In this document: positions 10,745 through 21,975 of the stretch, piece after piece | Layout of the letters: the number at the start of each line of letters is the position of its first letter | Position numbering within the stretch: position 1 is the first letter of the stretch | Assembly (NCBI GenBank): GCA_044892525.1 | Contig: CM097885.1 | Span: 200,136,001-200,200,000, forward strand | DNA: 64,000 nucleotides | From: Schmidtea polychroa | Lineage: Eukaryota | Direction of reading: 5' to 3' | Notes under the pieces: generated by a model | Database searches by the model: none | Seen by the model: only the letters and a program-made list of their open reading frames with translations | Told to the model about the DNA's origin: nothing | Position numbers and translations under genes: made by a program

Positions 10745-11932
10745 TAAATTTTGGAAATTTCATTTCGTCAATTGGATCAGGAAATTTTCATAGGAATATC
10801 GATCATAAACTAAATTTGTTACTGGAATTATTTATTACGAAATTCTTCGGAGCCATAGAATATTTTTATCAGTTAGTTTTTGTTATCAATTTCCAAGTAA
10901 TTTTAAAGTATATATATATATAAAGGATTTATTTAAGTTAAATTAATTCATAAATAAGGGATATTATAACGTCATCACTAATTTTTGTGTTGTATCGTTA
11001 TTTGAAAAAGGAGTTAACCAATTCTGGGTTGACTCTATCGCGTAAAATTTGGTGATCTTCCCTATCTTTTTCCTTTCACTTATATCGGGCTGTTGGCGCA
11101 TTTAGGGCCAGCCTTGATTCGTAGAAATATTCTTCAGGGCGGTTTGCATAACCGTTTTCTTTTCTTCAGAGAGCAGCGTGAATAATTTGTACAAATAAAC
11201 AATCGTGTAATTTTTATCATTAATAAATATTGTAAATCATATTTCTTATTTATTACCGATACGCATAAATTATTTATTTGGAGTCAGATAGAACGTTTTT
11301 TGTGTTAGTTCGACTACCTACCTATCGAACCTAACACGTCCATTAAAAATCGCCATTATGCACAATAAGGAACGATTCACTAGATTGTTTAGACAAAATC
11401 TACTTCCGACTAACAAGTAATTCGTTTAGGTTCCAATTTTCTTGTTCCGCGTAATGGTTCGGAGAATCATCCATAACACGAAATCTTGATGTAAACAGTG
11501 GTTCTACAAAATACTGAGATTGACCAAATCGCCTTAGTCCTAAAAGGGTGAATCTAAGAGAGTGAATATAACCATTCCGATTTAAACCGAATGACGTCAA
11601 CCTCGGCAAGAACCGCATGAGACAAAATTGGCTAAACTGTATTACACCCGGTTGAACCACTTAACCTGAATTTTGTTTCAAATTAGTCAAAGCAACAATC
11701 ATCTAATTTACTTTTGATGTTAACATATTTATCAGTCGCACTTTTAATGCTAATTGAAATGTTTTTCTTTAAATCAAAATACTATGCAAATTCTACTTAA
11801 ATTAAAATCAAATGTTCTTCTAAATGGTAGGAAGGTTTGTTATATTTATCAACCGACATTACTCAACATATGTAATTTACCGACATTATGTAACATATAT
11901 AATTTATCTATATTATTCGACATGTGTAATTA

Positions 11933-12456
11933 CAGGAATACCTCGCATAGTACGGTTTCGATCAGTACGGTTTTGAAATTTTCAAAATATGATTGTTTTT
12001 AAAATGATTAAATAAAATTTTCGAAATTTAAAAAAGTTTTTTTAAATTAATTTTTTAGAATTTATTCGTTATTATAAAATCATACGGCACGTGTTTAATA
12101 ATTTGTTTTGTTACGTTTAATTTCTGGTTTGTAGTTTTAATAAAAAATTGAATAAATAAACCGTAAAAAAATTCACTACGGATACATTCACAATCGCGCG
12201 ATAATAGATCAAAGTTGTTGGTTTTATATTTTTAATCGTATATTGACTTTTATATATTTAGATTTTAATTTAAAAAATAAAATGAGTAGCAGAACAAAGT
12301 GTAAAAGTGACTCCACAACCAAAAAACGCAAATGCCTCACTTTAGAACAGAAGCTTAGCGTAAATTTATTAGCGCCAGAATGCCTCGAATAGTCCGGTTT
12401 CAAATAGTACGGCTAAATTCCAGAACCGATTAACCGTACTGTTCGAGGCATTCCTG
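11933..12456 (+). mobile_element. Tigger-derived element, copy 3
   Basis: Same as 4509-5032 at +7424. Confidence 0.85.
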
Positions 12457-13679
12457 TATCTACATAATTCACCATATTTATCTTTGCTATTAATTTACCC
12501 AACGATTAAAATCATCTGTCATCTAAATTGAATTCCGATCCAACTAAAAGCTTCTTTTCTTTAAATGAGAAAGAAAGCTTCACGCATTCAACGATCAAAG
12601 TTCCGTCCCCACCGCCGAAAAGTTTTCTCAAGATGTACAATGGGGTGGTGCCAGTAGAGTAAGGAGCAGGGATCCGCTGGAAATCGGTAAGGGTATAAAG
12701 GAAATTTCGAACGCTGAGTTTAGGCTAAATTCTATCTGTTTGTTTTCTGGGCCTACCATCCGATTTCTGAGTGAATATATGCCCATTCTATATTTGAGTT
12801 CGCCCCATAAATGTCTTTTCTAAATTTTCAGCAAATGTCAGAGCCGAATCTTCCTAAGTCTGGCCCAAAGCCATGTTTTTCATGCGCAGATAAAAATGCG
12901 ACTATATATCAACTGAAGGAAAATCTCGGGCTCTGAAGAAGCGTATCGACTCGCTTGAAGGTACGTGGTTCTCCCCATCACTAATGAAGGAGGCCAACAG
13001 GAAAATCCTACGCTTGGAGCACTGTCGGGACAGTTTGCTCGAAGAAAGTCGTTGTCAGCGCCTCACTATTAAGGCGCAATCGGGGACCCTCCACCGTATC
13101 TATTCAGAGGCAGAATTGAAGAAGCGACTTACGGAGTTCCCTGTCATTGATCAACATTTCATAAATTAAATTTAAGTTGGGCTTTTTCAATTACGGACCA
13201 TCAAATCAAGGTTCAATAAATTAAACGTTGACAGGATAGGAATTTAATAAATTAAAATTAACAATTTAAATTATATTTGTTTGGTCAGACCATTTCATTT
13301 TTTTTTGTTTGTTGTCAAATTAAATTATAATTCAAAAATTAAAATTATAATTAAATTATAATTTTGCTTACAAAATTTCTTAGCCACCGAACCCCGTTAG
13401 CTGGGATCGGAGCGTAATACTCGAGTGCCTTACCTCCCCTCCGTAGATAATGGTAGTGAGTGGTGCCATCGACATTAGTCCAGGCAATAAGATTTATATC
13501 TACTTATTGGTCCATTTTTAGTGATGGGGATTTCCCTTATTTTCCAATTATTCTGACTGCAAACCTTCGATATATGATGAAATTCGGATTATGGAAATAT
13601 TAAACTCTTCGAGCAGGGAAAATTAATTGGTAAAATCAACACTGATGCTAAATTTTCAATATTACTTTTAAATTGCAAA

Positions 13680-14010
13680 CAAGCTGCTAAATTGGTTTTG
13701 AAAAATGTACATGCCGATGATTTGTTGATGCTACTTTTGGACAATTTAAATGACATCGTAAAAATAGCGAAACAGATTGAAGGATCAAAACTTAGTGAAT
13801 TTTTTAAATGTTTGGTTGATTTTTCTATTAAATATGACATGCCTTTTCTTTGGATTATTATTATTGTTGAAAATGTTCAGACGTCGGATTAAGGGGTTGT
13901 GATTGATTGATGTTGGGATGCATGTATATATTGTTATTAATGTACGTAGATGTGATATAGATAGAAGGGTGAGGGGTGTAGGGATATTACCAAATTTAGG
14001 TTGATTGCGT
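13680..14010 (-). repeat. Dispersed repeat, possibly a decayed non-LTR retrotransposon fragment; second copy at ~57850-58170
   Basis: Clear nucleotide similarity between the loci (GCCGATGATTTG.TGATGCTACTTTTGG, TTGAAGGATCAAAAC, TTGTTGAAAATGTTCAGA, TATTACCAAATTT.GGTTGATTGCG). The minus-strand translation only weakly recalls a LINE endonuclease. Confidence 0.55.
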
Positions 14011-14017
14011 CAATGTA

Positions 14018-15668
14018 GTGTACTACTCAATTATTTTAGATTGTACCCCGGATATAAGCCACAAGGAGCAGATGACAGTAATTTTTAGGTTTGTCAGTGC
14101 AACTGAATCATCTTTAAAAAAAGCAGCTGAACTCATAGTTTCTGAACACTTCGTAACTTTTCTTGAATTACATGATACAACTGGAGCGAATATGACAAAA
14201 GTTGTAATCGATAAGTTGCAGGAATTATGAGTAAATTTTGATGACATGAGGGGAAATAGTACGATATTCGAGCCAATATTCGCGGAAAATATAATAGCGT
14301 TCAAGTTAAAATTCGTCAACTAAATCCACGAGCTTTTTTCGTACCCTGTGGTGCCCACTCTCTCAACTTCGTATTAACTTTTTCTCAGCACCAACTCACC
14401 GTTGGAGTGTATTATTAAAGCACGTACGCGATATTACTGTAAAGCCGTTAAGTGCTACACTTGGGGAAGTAGGTTAGATTCCGTTCGGGCGCTTCAATTT
14501 CAAATTAGTGGAGTTTACGATGCCCTACTGGAAATAGCTGAAGACAACACTTTAACAACTCCGCCAGAAGTAAAAGGTCGCGTAGAGGCTAAGGAAATAT
14601 CCAGAAATATTTCAAACTTCAGATTTGTTTGTTCTTTGGTATTGTGATATGACATTTTATTTCAAATAAACATTATCAGCAAAATGCTGCAATCACAGCA
14701 TTTAGACTTGTCTCTGGCTTTAGATCATTTAAACGATACCAAATCTTTTCTATGCGATTATCATTCTGATTCAGCATTTGCAAAAATGATTGGAAAAGCT
14801 AAAACATTGGCATTTGAACTTGAAATTTTTGAAGGATTTTGTGAGGAAGAACCCGTACGCGTTCGCAGAAAGAGTAGACAATTTTTATACGAAGGTCGTG
14901 ATGAACCGATAGTAGCACCAGAACTAAACTTTAGAATATGTTTTTTAATCGAGTATTGGATATCGTAATTACAGCAACAAATGAAAGATTTACGCAATTA
15001 TCGGAATATATCGAGTTATTTGGGTTTCTTTACAATATCGACAGTAAGAAATTTACGGATGACGAATTATTAAAACAATGAAAGAACTTGCAGTTAGCGC
15101 TTACATCTGATAGCCAATCAGACATCAATGGGGTCGAACTTTGGGATGAAATTAAAGCTATAGGAAGACGACTTGATACTTCGAAAAGCTGTCCAAAAAG
15201 TCTGTTAAAATATATTTATGCGTCTAAAATTGTTGACATAGTCCCAAACCTGTCGATAGCATTTCAAATACTGCTAACGTTACCAGTCACAATTGTTAGT
15301 GCTGAAAGAAGTTTTCAAAGCTATAAATAATAAAATCTTATCTGAGATCACCAAAGTGTCAAGACTGTTTAGTTGGTCTAGCCACGATTTCCAAAGAAAA
15401 AGAAATTGCTGATCAATTAGACATGGAAGATTTTGTAAAGGATTTTGGAGAAAAATTCACTTTAAATTATTATTTGTTTTGTTATTTTTTATTTTTTATG
15501 AACTGAATTTTGTTTAATTTTTCGTATTAAAATACAAATATATGTATTAAGTTCATATATTCAGTGTTTTTCTATTTTTCTTCAATTTAAAAATTTCAAC
15601 ATTTTTTATTTTTGCGGCGGCAAATTCGCATCTCGCCTACACACAGAAAACTCCTAGAACCGGCACTG
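14018..15668 (+). mobile_element. 5'-truncated hAT transposon with frameshifted ZMYM1/DUF4371-type transposase
   Basis: YYSIILDCTPDISHKEQMTVIFRFV, then PCGAHSLN, TWGSRLDSV and LLTLPVTIVSAERSF, broken by stops and frameshifts. Right TIR CTAGAACCGGCACTG ends at 15668. Confidence 0.85.
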
Positions 15669-15880
15669 ATTGTTGTTATTATTGTTATCATCAATATAAT
15701 CATTTTCATTTATAATAATAGCACAATAATTATTATGATTAGTAGGAACATCATCATTGTTATTGGCATTATTAGCATCGTTGTTATCAGTATTCTCATT
15801 AACCTGGTTATTATCATATTAATAATTACCATTATTATTGTTATCGTTGTGGTTGTTCGCTGATTAGTATCCTCGTGGTT
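15669..15880. repeat. Low-complexity (ATT/GTT/ATC)n-like tract
   Basis: Degenerate trinucleotide repeat ATTATTGTTATCATC... Confidence 0.7.
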
Positions 15881-16629
15881 ACCAATACTAGTATGGGTAC
15901 CCTGTCAATTTTCATTATTATTCATCACACTATAATCATGATCGCCCTCGTGGATACCAGTCTTTCTCTGTCGTTAGTTCCTTTTCATGTGTATGAGTAC
16001 CATTAGGATTATTAGTATTGTTAGGCAAATCTTCTTATTTTTATATGTATTATTATCATTGGAGTATTAATATTGAGAATAGTAATATTATGAGTTATTT
16101 TTGTCATCCTCAGTGGGCATGGGTAGACGCTTAAGTTACTGTATATTAAAATACTTTTCACGTGTTCGATACCATCATAGACTTCGATGGAAAATCATCC
16201 GGAAGCTAAGGTAGTATCGGCTTAATATGTTTCTATTTTATTTAGACAGCATGATATCGAAATCTAATACACTTAACCATGCTATTCGTGACCGGATAAA
16301 AACGTTCAGGACACCCATTTGCAGAAAAGACTTCTGAAAGAGAAGATCAACCGTCTGGAGGCAACGTTGACCTAGATGAAAGAAAAGAATCAACAATTTT
16401 TTAATATCTAAAAAGGTAATTCTTATTTAGACTAAAAAATAAGACTGACACAACAAAAAAGTCTAAGTGCAGAACTCAACACAGCAAAGATAAAAAAGCA
16501 CGCACACAAATGAATAAATTTCACACACGAATCATATTGGAATTTGATCGTTATTGGAACTTGTGGTAAACATTTTTTGTTGATATAAACAAATATTTTA
16601 AACAACTCGCTTTTATTATTTTATATATA

Positions 16630-17557
16630 TGTTGAGGTTTTAAAAGTAAATTATTAAATTATATTAAATTGAATAGTTCCGAATAAAAGGAAAACCGAAA
16701 TTGAATGGCGGTCAAGCAGAGAAGTAATGGCAAAGAAAGATATGATGAAAACAGAACTATAAAAGGGTACAATCAGACACGAAATGGGAAAATGCGCAAA
16801 CCTGAGGAAGTGGAATAAAGTTAAATGTTATCGAAATTGAAGCTGGAAAACGGGAGAAGGGTAGATTAGGGGATGGTGAAGAAGACAATGAGCAAGAAAT
16901 TGTTAGAAAATGTTTAGAAATAATTAATTAATTAATTAATTGGCTAATGGGAAACCCGAGCTAATGGGAAGTCCGAGCCAATGGAGAACCCGAGTGATGA
17001 AGAAAACCCGAGCGCGGCAATTAGAAAGGATAAACAAACGAGGAATTCAGAGGGTAATTATCCAAACAGCCGGATAAACGAGGGTAAACAAAAGAAAGTG
17101 AATTACGAAGAGGGTCAACAGAAATAGCTAATTAGGGAATGATAGCCAAAGAAGTCAAAACCAATTTGGTCAAAAATGGGACAATTACAACGATTATGGG
17201 AGTATATAAGGAAACTGAAAATTCACATAATCGGCGGTAGCTTTAGGTAGGGAAGAAGAAACAGACGATAGGATTTCGAGGAATAAAATAAAAGAAGAAA
17301 AGAATTATAAGAGGAATCGAGAAGTCAGAAAGGAACATTAAAAGAGTTCGGATCAGAGAGCGGAATCAAATAAAAAGGTGAAACTTATAAATTTAAATCG
17401 TACAAGGTCGAGAACTTCCAGAACGGAGTTTGATCGGTAATTGTAAGAAAATTGTGGTTAACTAAAAGTGTCGTTATTTATTGAGAATTGTAATTTTCTA
17501 TAAAACACGGGAGTCAGAGTTACCAACGGTTGATTTTTGATATCATACAACCCAACA
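16630..17557 (-). mobile_element. Probable solo LTR (~928 bp) inserted in a TA microsatellite
   Basis: Termini TGTTGAGG...CCCAACA flanked on both sides by TATA(TA); strongly purine-skewed; no coding content. Orientation tentative. Confidence 0.6.
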
Positions 17558-17585
17558 TATATATATATATATATAAACCAGTAAA

Positions 17586-17615
17586 GTTGAGGCTCTCAAA
17601 TAGTGAGACCTCAAC
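17586..17615. other. Terminal-type hairpin of a Helitron/Helentron-like repeat; related copy at 26176-26205
   Basis: GTTGAGGCTCTCA-AATAG-TGAGACCTCAAC, preceded by AACCAGTAA at both loci. Left flanks (~16400-16625 and ~25925-26165) are also homologous. Confidence 0.5.
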
Positions 17616-18244
17616 ATATTTAATTTTTGTAACTGACAAATATTAAAGCAATTTTTTCTCTAAAATAATTATAATAGTAATTATATAATGATAGGAATAT
17701 TTTATCACATTTGTTGACGTTTACGGGGAAGATAATACGATAATTACGATGGTGTGTGTCAGGTTCTTAGATGAAACATTGGTTTAACGCCACATGACTA
17801 TTGTTCTCCGACATATGTACCCATGGTTGCAACCATGTTGGAAATGTACAAAGTCGTCAAGAGTTAAAAGACAGGTGAGCTTCTGTGTTAAAACTTCGCT
17901 CTCTTAAACCGTCTGAACAGATTCAAGACTGCCGATGGAAAGACTTACGTTGATGTAAATTCTTACAACAATTTGATGTTAACCGCTTAGAAGATAAGGT
18001 CCTCATGTGTCTCATCTATTATCTCGTCCAGATTTCAGTATTACGTCTTTTATGAAAAGAGTTATGAATTATTAAAACCATTATTAATACCAAAAGAAGA
18101 TGAATTAAGAAAAATTATTATTATTAACCAAATATACATAAAAATGAAAAACAGCTTAATCATTTGAATGAAATCAGAGATGCAATAAGTGCCTCGTTCA
18201 ACCTCGGCGAGCAACGTATCCAAATCGAACAAATTGTCCGTTCT

Positions 18245-20127
18245 CAGTGGCGTAGCTAGGGTATGTGCCGCCCGGGCGATCCTTAAAATTGTGACCCCCC
18301 TGTACATTTTTTAAAATAAAAACTTTCCAAAACAGACGGCCCATTTTGCCTCCTTTTCCAAATACGCTACATACCCTTCACATATACATACTATTTATTC
18401 TTGTATGAAATATTTTTTTCTTATTTAAACAAAGTGTTTTATAATACATTAAAACATATAATAAATTAAGCATTGTCAAATTATCATTATATTTAATTTT
18501 TAAATAAAACAATAGAATGCAATATATCAAATAGTATAAAACAAGACAAAATTAACATATCATTACAGAGTAAAAACACAAAATAAATTAATTATAAAAT
18601 TAGCCAACAACTAAAAATATTGTATACAAAAGTTGTTTATATAAATTGGTATTAAAATAAAAAAAGGACACTAATGTAATATAACAATAAACACAATATA
18701 ATATAACAATCATCAACTGATACTTTTTAATTGTCTTAGAACATTAATACCCATAAACTATATTCTACAATCTACATAATTACTCTTCTTGCTTTTCGTC
18801 TAGCAAAGTCATCAATAACATCATCGAAGTCTGCTTCCTCCGTTAATTGATGTTCTATTGATAATATGGCAAGATTTCTCAACCGTAAACTGTGCATAGA
18901 AGATCTTAAGTAATTCTTAATTAATTTTAATTTTGAAAACTTCTCTCACAGCTAGCCACACTTACAGCAATTGTCATAAAAATTCGTAATAAAATGACAA
19001 TATTGGGTACGAAATTTCCAAGATTATATTTTTGAATGAACTGTAAAAGCTCAAAGGGGCTTTCTTTCAATATGTCTGTTTCGTCTCGCATAGCTGCGGC
19101 AGCGACGAAACTTATTAATCTTTTTCTTTCAATAAAGAATTCTTCTTTGTTAATATCGTCATGATCATCACTTATCTAACAATTATAATCTTCGTTTAAA
19201 AGATTAGATGGGGCAAGTAATCCATATTTTTCAGCAAGAACATGAATCTGTTGAAATCTCGTATTTATTTCTTGAATAACCCTGTCTAGAGAAGAATACA
19301 TTTCTCTTCGCAATTCAGTTTCATACGGCAATTCAGCATCATTGGATCCTTCATCAAACATTCTTTTTATCTTTTTGCACCGACGCTGACGCTCCATGAT
19401 AATTCCTAAATCAGCACAAATTTCCTTGACATATATTATTGAATTTTCCACTAGCTTATTCCTATTATCTATTAAAAATGACTTTAAAGCCTTAAGTTTT
19501 ATTTCACAATTTTGTATATTTATCCCTTTAATTTGGAGGTAATTCTGTGTTTCATTAATTTCTACCAGAACTGATTCCCATAGACCGAGGAAACACAAAA
19601 TGAAAATGATTGCAACGCACCAAGTAGTACGCCAGCTTCTGATCTGGTGCATGTGTTTTCTTCTTCGCTAGTCAAATCTTCCAAAGAATTTAAAATGTTT
19701 GAGAAATTATTTTTTAAGACACTCACAGCTTTAGCCCTTGCATTCCATCGAGTTTCTACTACGCGTTTGAGACTTTGAGAAGTCGCGGATGTCAGAATGT
19801 CCCATCGATGAGTAGAGGAAGAAAAAAATACGTAAAGTCGATCCAAAACTCCAAAAAGTCATCGAATTGATAGCCACTGAAGCTACATGTAGACCGGACA
19901 AATTCAGGGTATGATTGGTACATGCAACAAACTCTGCTTTTCTATTAATTTGTTTTATACGTTTTTTAAATTCAACATTTCTTAAAATAATAAATAAGTT
20001 ATTGTTAAGCTCTTGCTATTCGTGGATATATACGTATATATTTATTTTAGTGCATTCAGGTTTAAGAACCATACAGACGATCTCATCGCGAATATGCCGC
20101 CCCCGCCCCACCATAGCTACGCCACTG
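18245..20127 (-). mobile_element. Internally deleted hAT transposon (1,883 bp) with decayed C-terminal transposase
   Basis: 14-bp TIR CAGTGGCGTAGCTA at both ends; exact 8-bp TSD TCCGTTCT. Minus-strand fragments SLKRVVETRWNAR and a hATC-like region (VASCE, KLKLIKNYLRSSM). Confidence 0.93.
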
Positions 20128-20159
20128 TCCGTTCTCATATGAAAGGAAAAGACCATGAC

Positions 20160-20568
20160 TGACGCGTTCAAGTCCCGTTCGGTTGGATATCCATTAAAAT
20201 TCTATTATTAATCGAGTTGACAATAATATTCTTTCGCATAATAATATAAAAATTTACTCTATCATGCATTTTCCCTATGATAATCTTTCCCCACATCTTC
20301 CCATTCCTTTGTTTGCTTTTCTTATTGTTTACCCAACTTGAATTTTCTTTAATTAATTAACGATTTTCCTGTTTTTCCCATTTCTCTTGATTTTCTACAC
20401 TTTCTAAACGTATTTTGATCTTTCCCCTGACTAATCTAAACCTGGCCCATTTTCTAAAATTCAAATTTGATAGTTTATTGATTTTCTGTAATTTCGCAAT
20501 ATTCGCCATTTTTTGACTGATTTCTATATTATGACTTTTTAAGCTAATTTACTTTTAAAACCCTGACA
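20160..20568 (+). repeat. Divergent relative of the 16630-17557 LTR (opposite orientation, partial)
   Basis: Pyrimidine-rich block ending AATTTACTTTTAAAACCCTGACA versus AATTTACTTTTAAAACCTCAACA in the reverse complement of the solo LTR. Confidence 0.4.
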
Positions 20569-20733
20569 ATTTTATAGTGACATGTGATTCCTGCATATTA
20601 TAATTTCTATATTTGATTTTAGGTAATTTTTAAAAAATTCAAATTTTTTATTAGAAATTAAATAAAAGTTAAATTATCCTGATGAAATAAATTGTTTAAA
20701 TATTTATATTAATTTTGAAATCGAAATAATTTC

Positions 20734-21438
20734 ATGAGTTCTCAAAAAGGTAATATTTGTAAAAAAGGCCCGCCAAAGCATGTCAACAAATGGGGGTTTA
20801 AAAACGATATGAACGATAGATCCAAGAAAATACAAGAAATTAATAGTATAATCCCAGAAGGTACATGTGAGCAGTGTAAAGCCGTTATTGAATGGAAAAT
20901 AAAATACAAAAAATATAAGCCTTTAACCGTGCCTTCAAAATGGTAACATAAATATATTCTAATTTATATTATTTTTTTTCTAGTGTTAAATGTTCCGAAA
21001 AAAATGTAAAGAGAGCCTATTATATCGTTTGCGAAGGTTGTTGTGAAAAATACAGAATTTGCGGGAAATGTACTAAAGTTTCTGATATCATTATTCCATT
21101 GTAAGATTTCATCACAATTTATGTTGTATATATTAGTATCGAATCTTTAGTGGTTCTAAAGAAGTTGAAGAAGAATCTAATCAGGAATTATTAGAAAAAA
21201 TCAAATCTTTAGCTGAACGTGAAAGAAGTGAGTTACTTTAAGTGAACACAGACGTTGATTAATTTTATTTTAAGGAACCATTAGGAGAAAACTAGACAAG
21301 GGCAGTGATGTTGATGTGATTGGAATATTAAATGAGGTCAATGAAAAATTGAATCAAAAAGGGTTGTTGGAATTAGATAAATCAGATGAAGATGATAATT
21401 ATTCGATTTCAGATAAATCCGATTCTGAAAATAAATAA
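20734..21438 (+). CDS. C9orf85: C9orf85 / DUF2039 family protein, 4 exons
   Basis: MSSQKGN...KH.N...FKND...C..CK.VIEWKIKYKKYKPL then CVKC...VKRAY..VC..C....RICGKC. GT-AG introns 20943-20983 (41 nt), 21101-21150 (50 nt) and 21228-21274 (47 nt) keep frame to TAA. Confidence 0.9.
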
Positions 21439-21975
21439 TTTTGCGTTTCTTTTGATTGACTGAAAAATATATTTATGATTTTTTTATTGTGAACCTTTCT
21501 AATTTTTTGAATCTTTTTATTAATGTGATCCAGCAAATCGATTTGTATTTTATTAGCACTCTTTCCGTTATGCTTTTTGCTGATGGATGATTTGCTATGT
21601 TCGTCGTGGATTATTGAATTCGGATTTCATTGGTTTAATTATTTTAATCTAATTTTTATATAGATTATATCTGATCACTGACTCAGGTTCATTTGCAATA
21701 AAGCCACATCTATTGTATAAGGACCTCTTAAGTGGTTTATGTACGTTTTGGACAGTGTTACAAAAAATAATATCTTATTGGATGATATTTATTAAGATAA
21801 TATGTTAACAAAAGTAAAATTTATGATATATTCTGTCAATTTGTAATGTATATGTTGACGACATATATATCCGTCGTAGACACAAAGGTTAATAAACGTT
21901 TAATCAAAGATTAATTAAAAAGCATTATATTCAGTAAATTTATTGATGTAACAAACATACAAGTTTTTTTATTAT

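Larger units (their letters stand above)
2246..13388 (+). repeat. Head-to-tail tandem triplication of a 3,712-bp unit (2246-5957, 5958-9669, 9670-13381) plus 7-bp terminal microhomology
   Basis: All ORF-track entries recur at exactly +3712 and +7424. Each unit starts AGCCACC, which also occurs at 13382-13388 before unique sequence resumes. Confidence 0.97.

Noticed and set aside
15612-15863. 83-aa Ile-rich membrane protein ORF
   Set aside because: Translation of a degenerate ATT/GTT repeat overlapping the hAT terminus.
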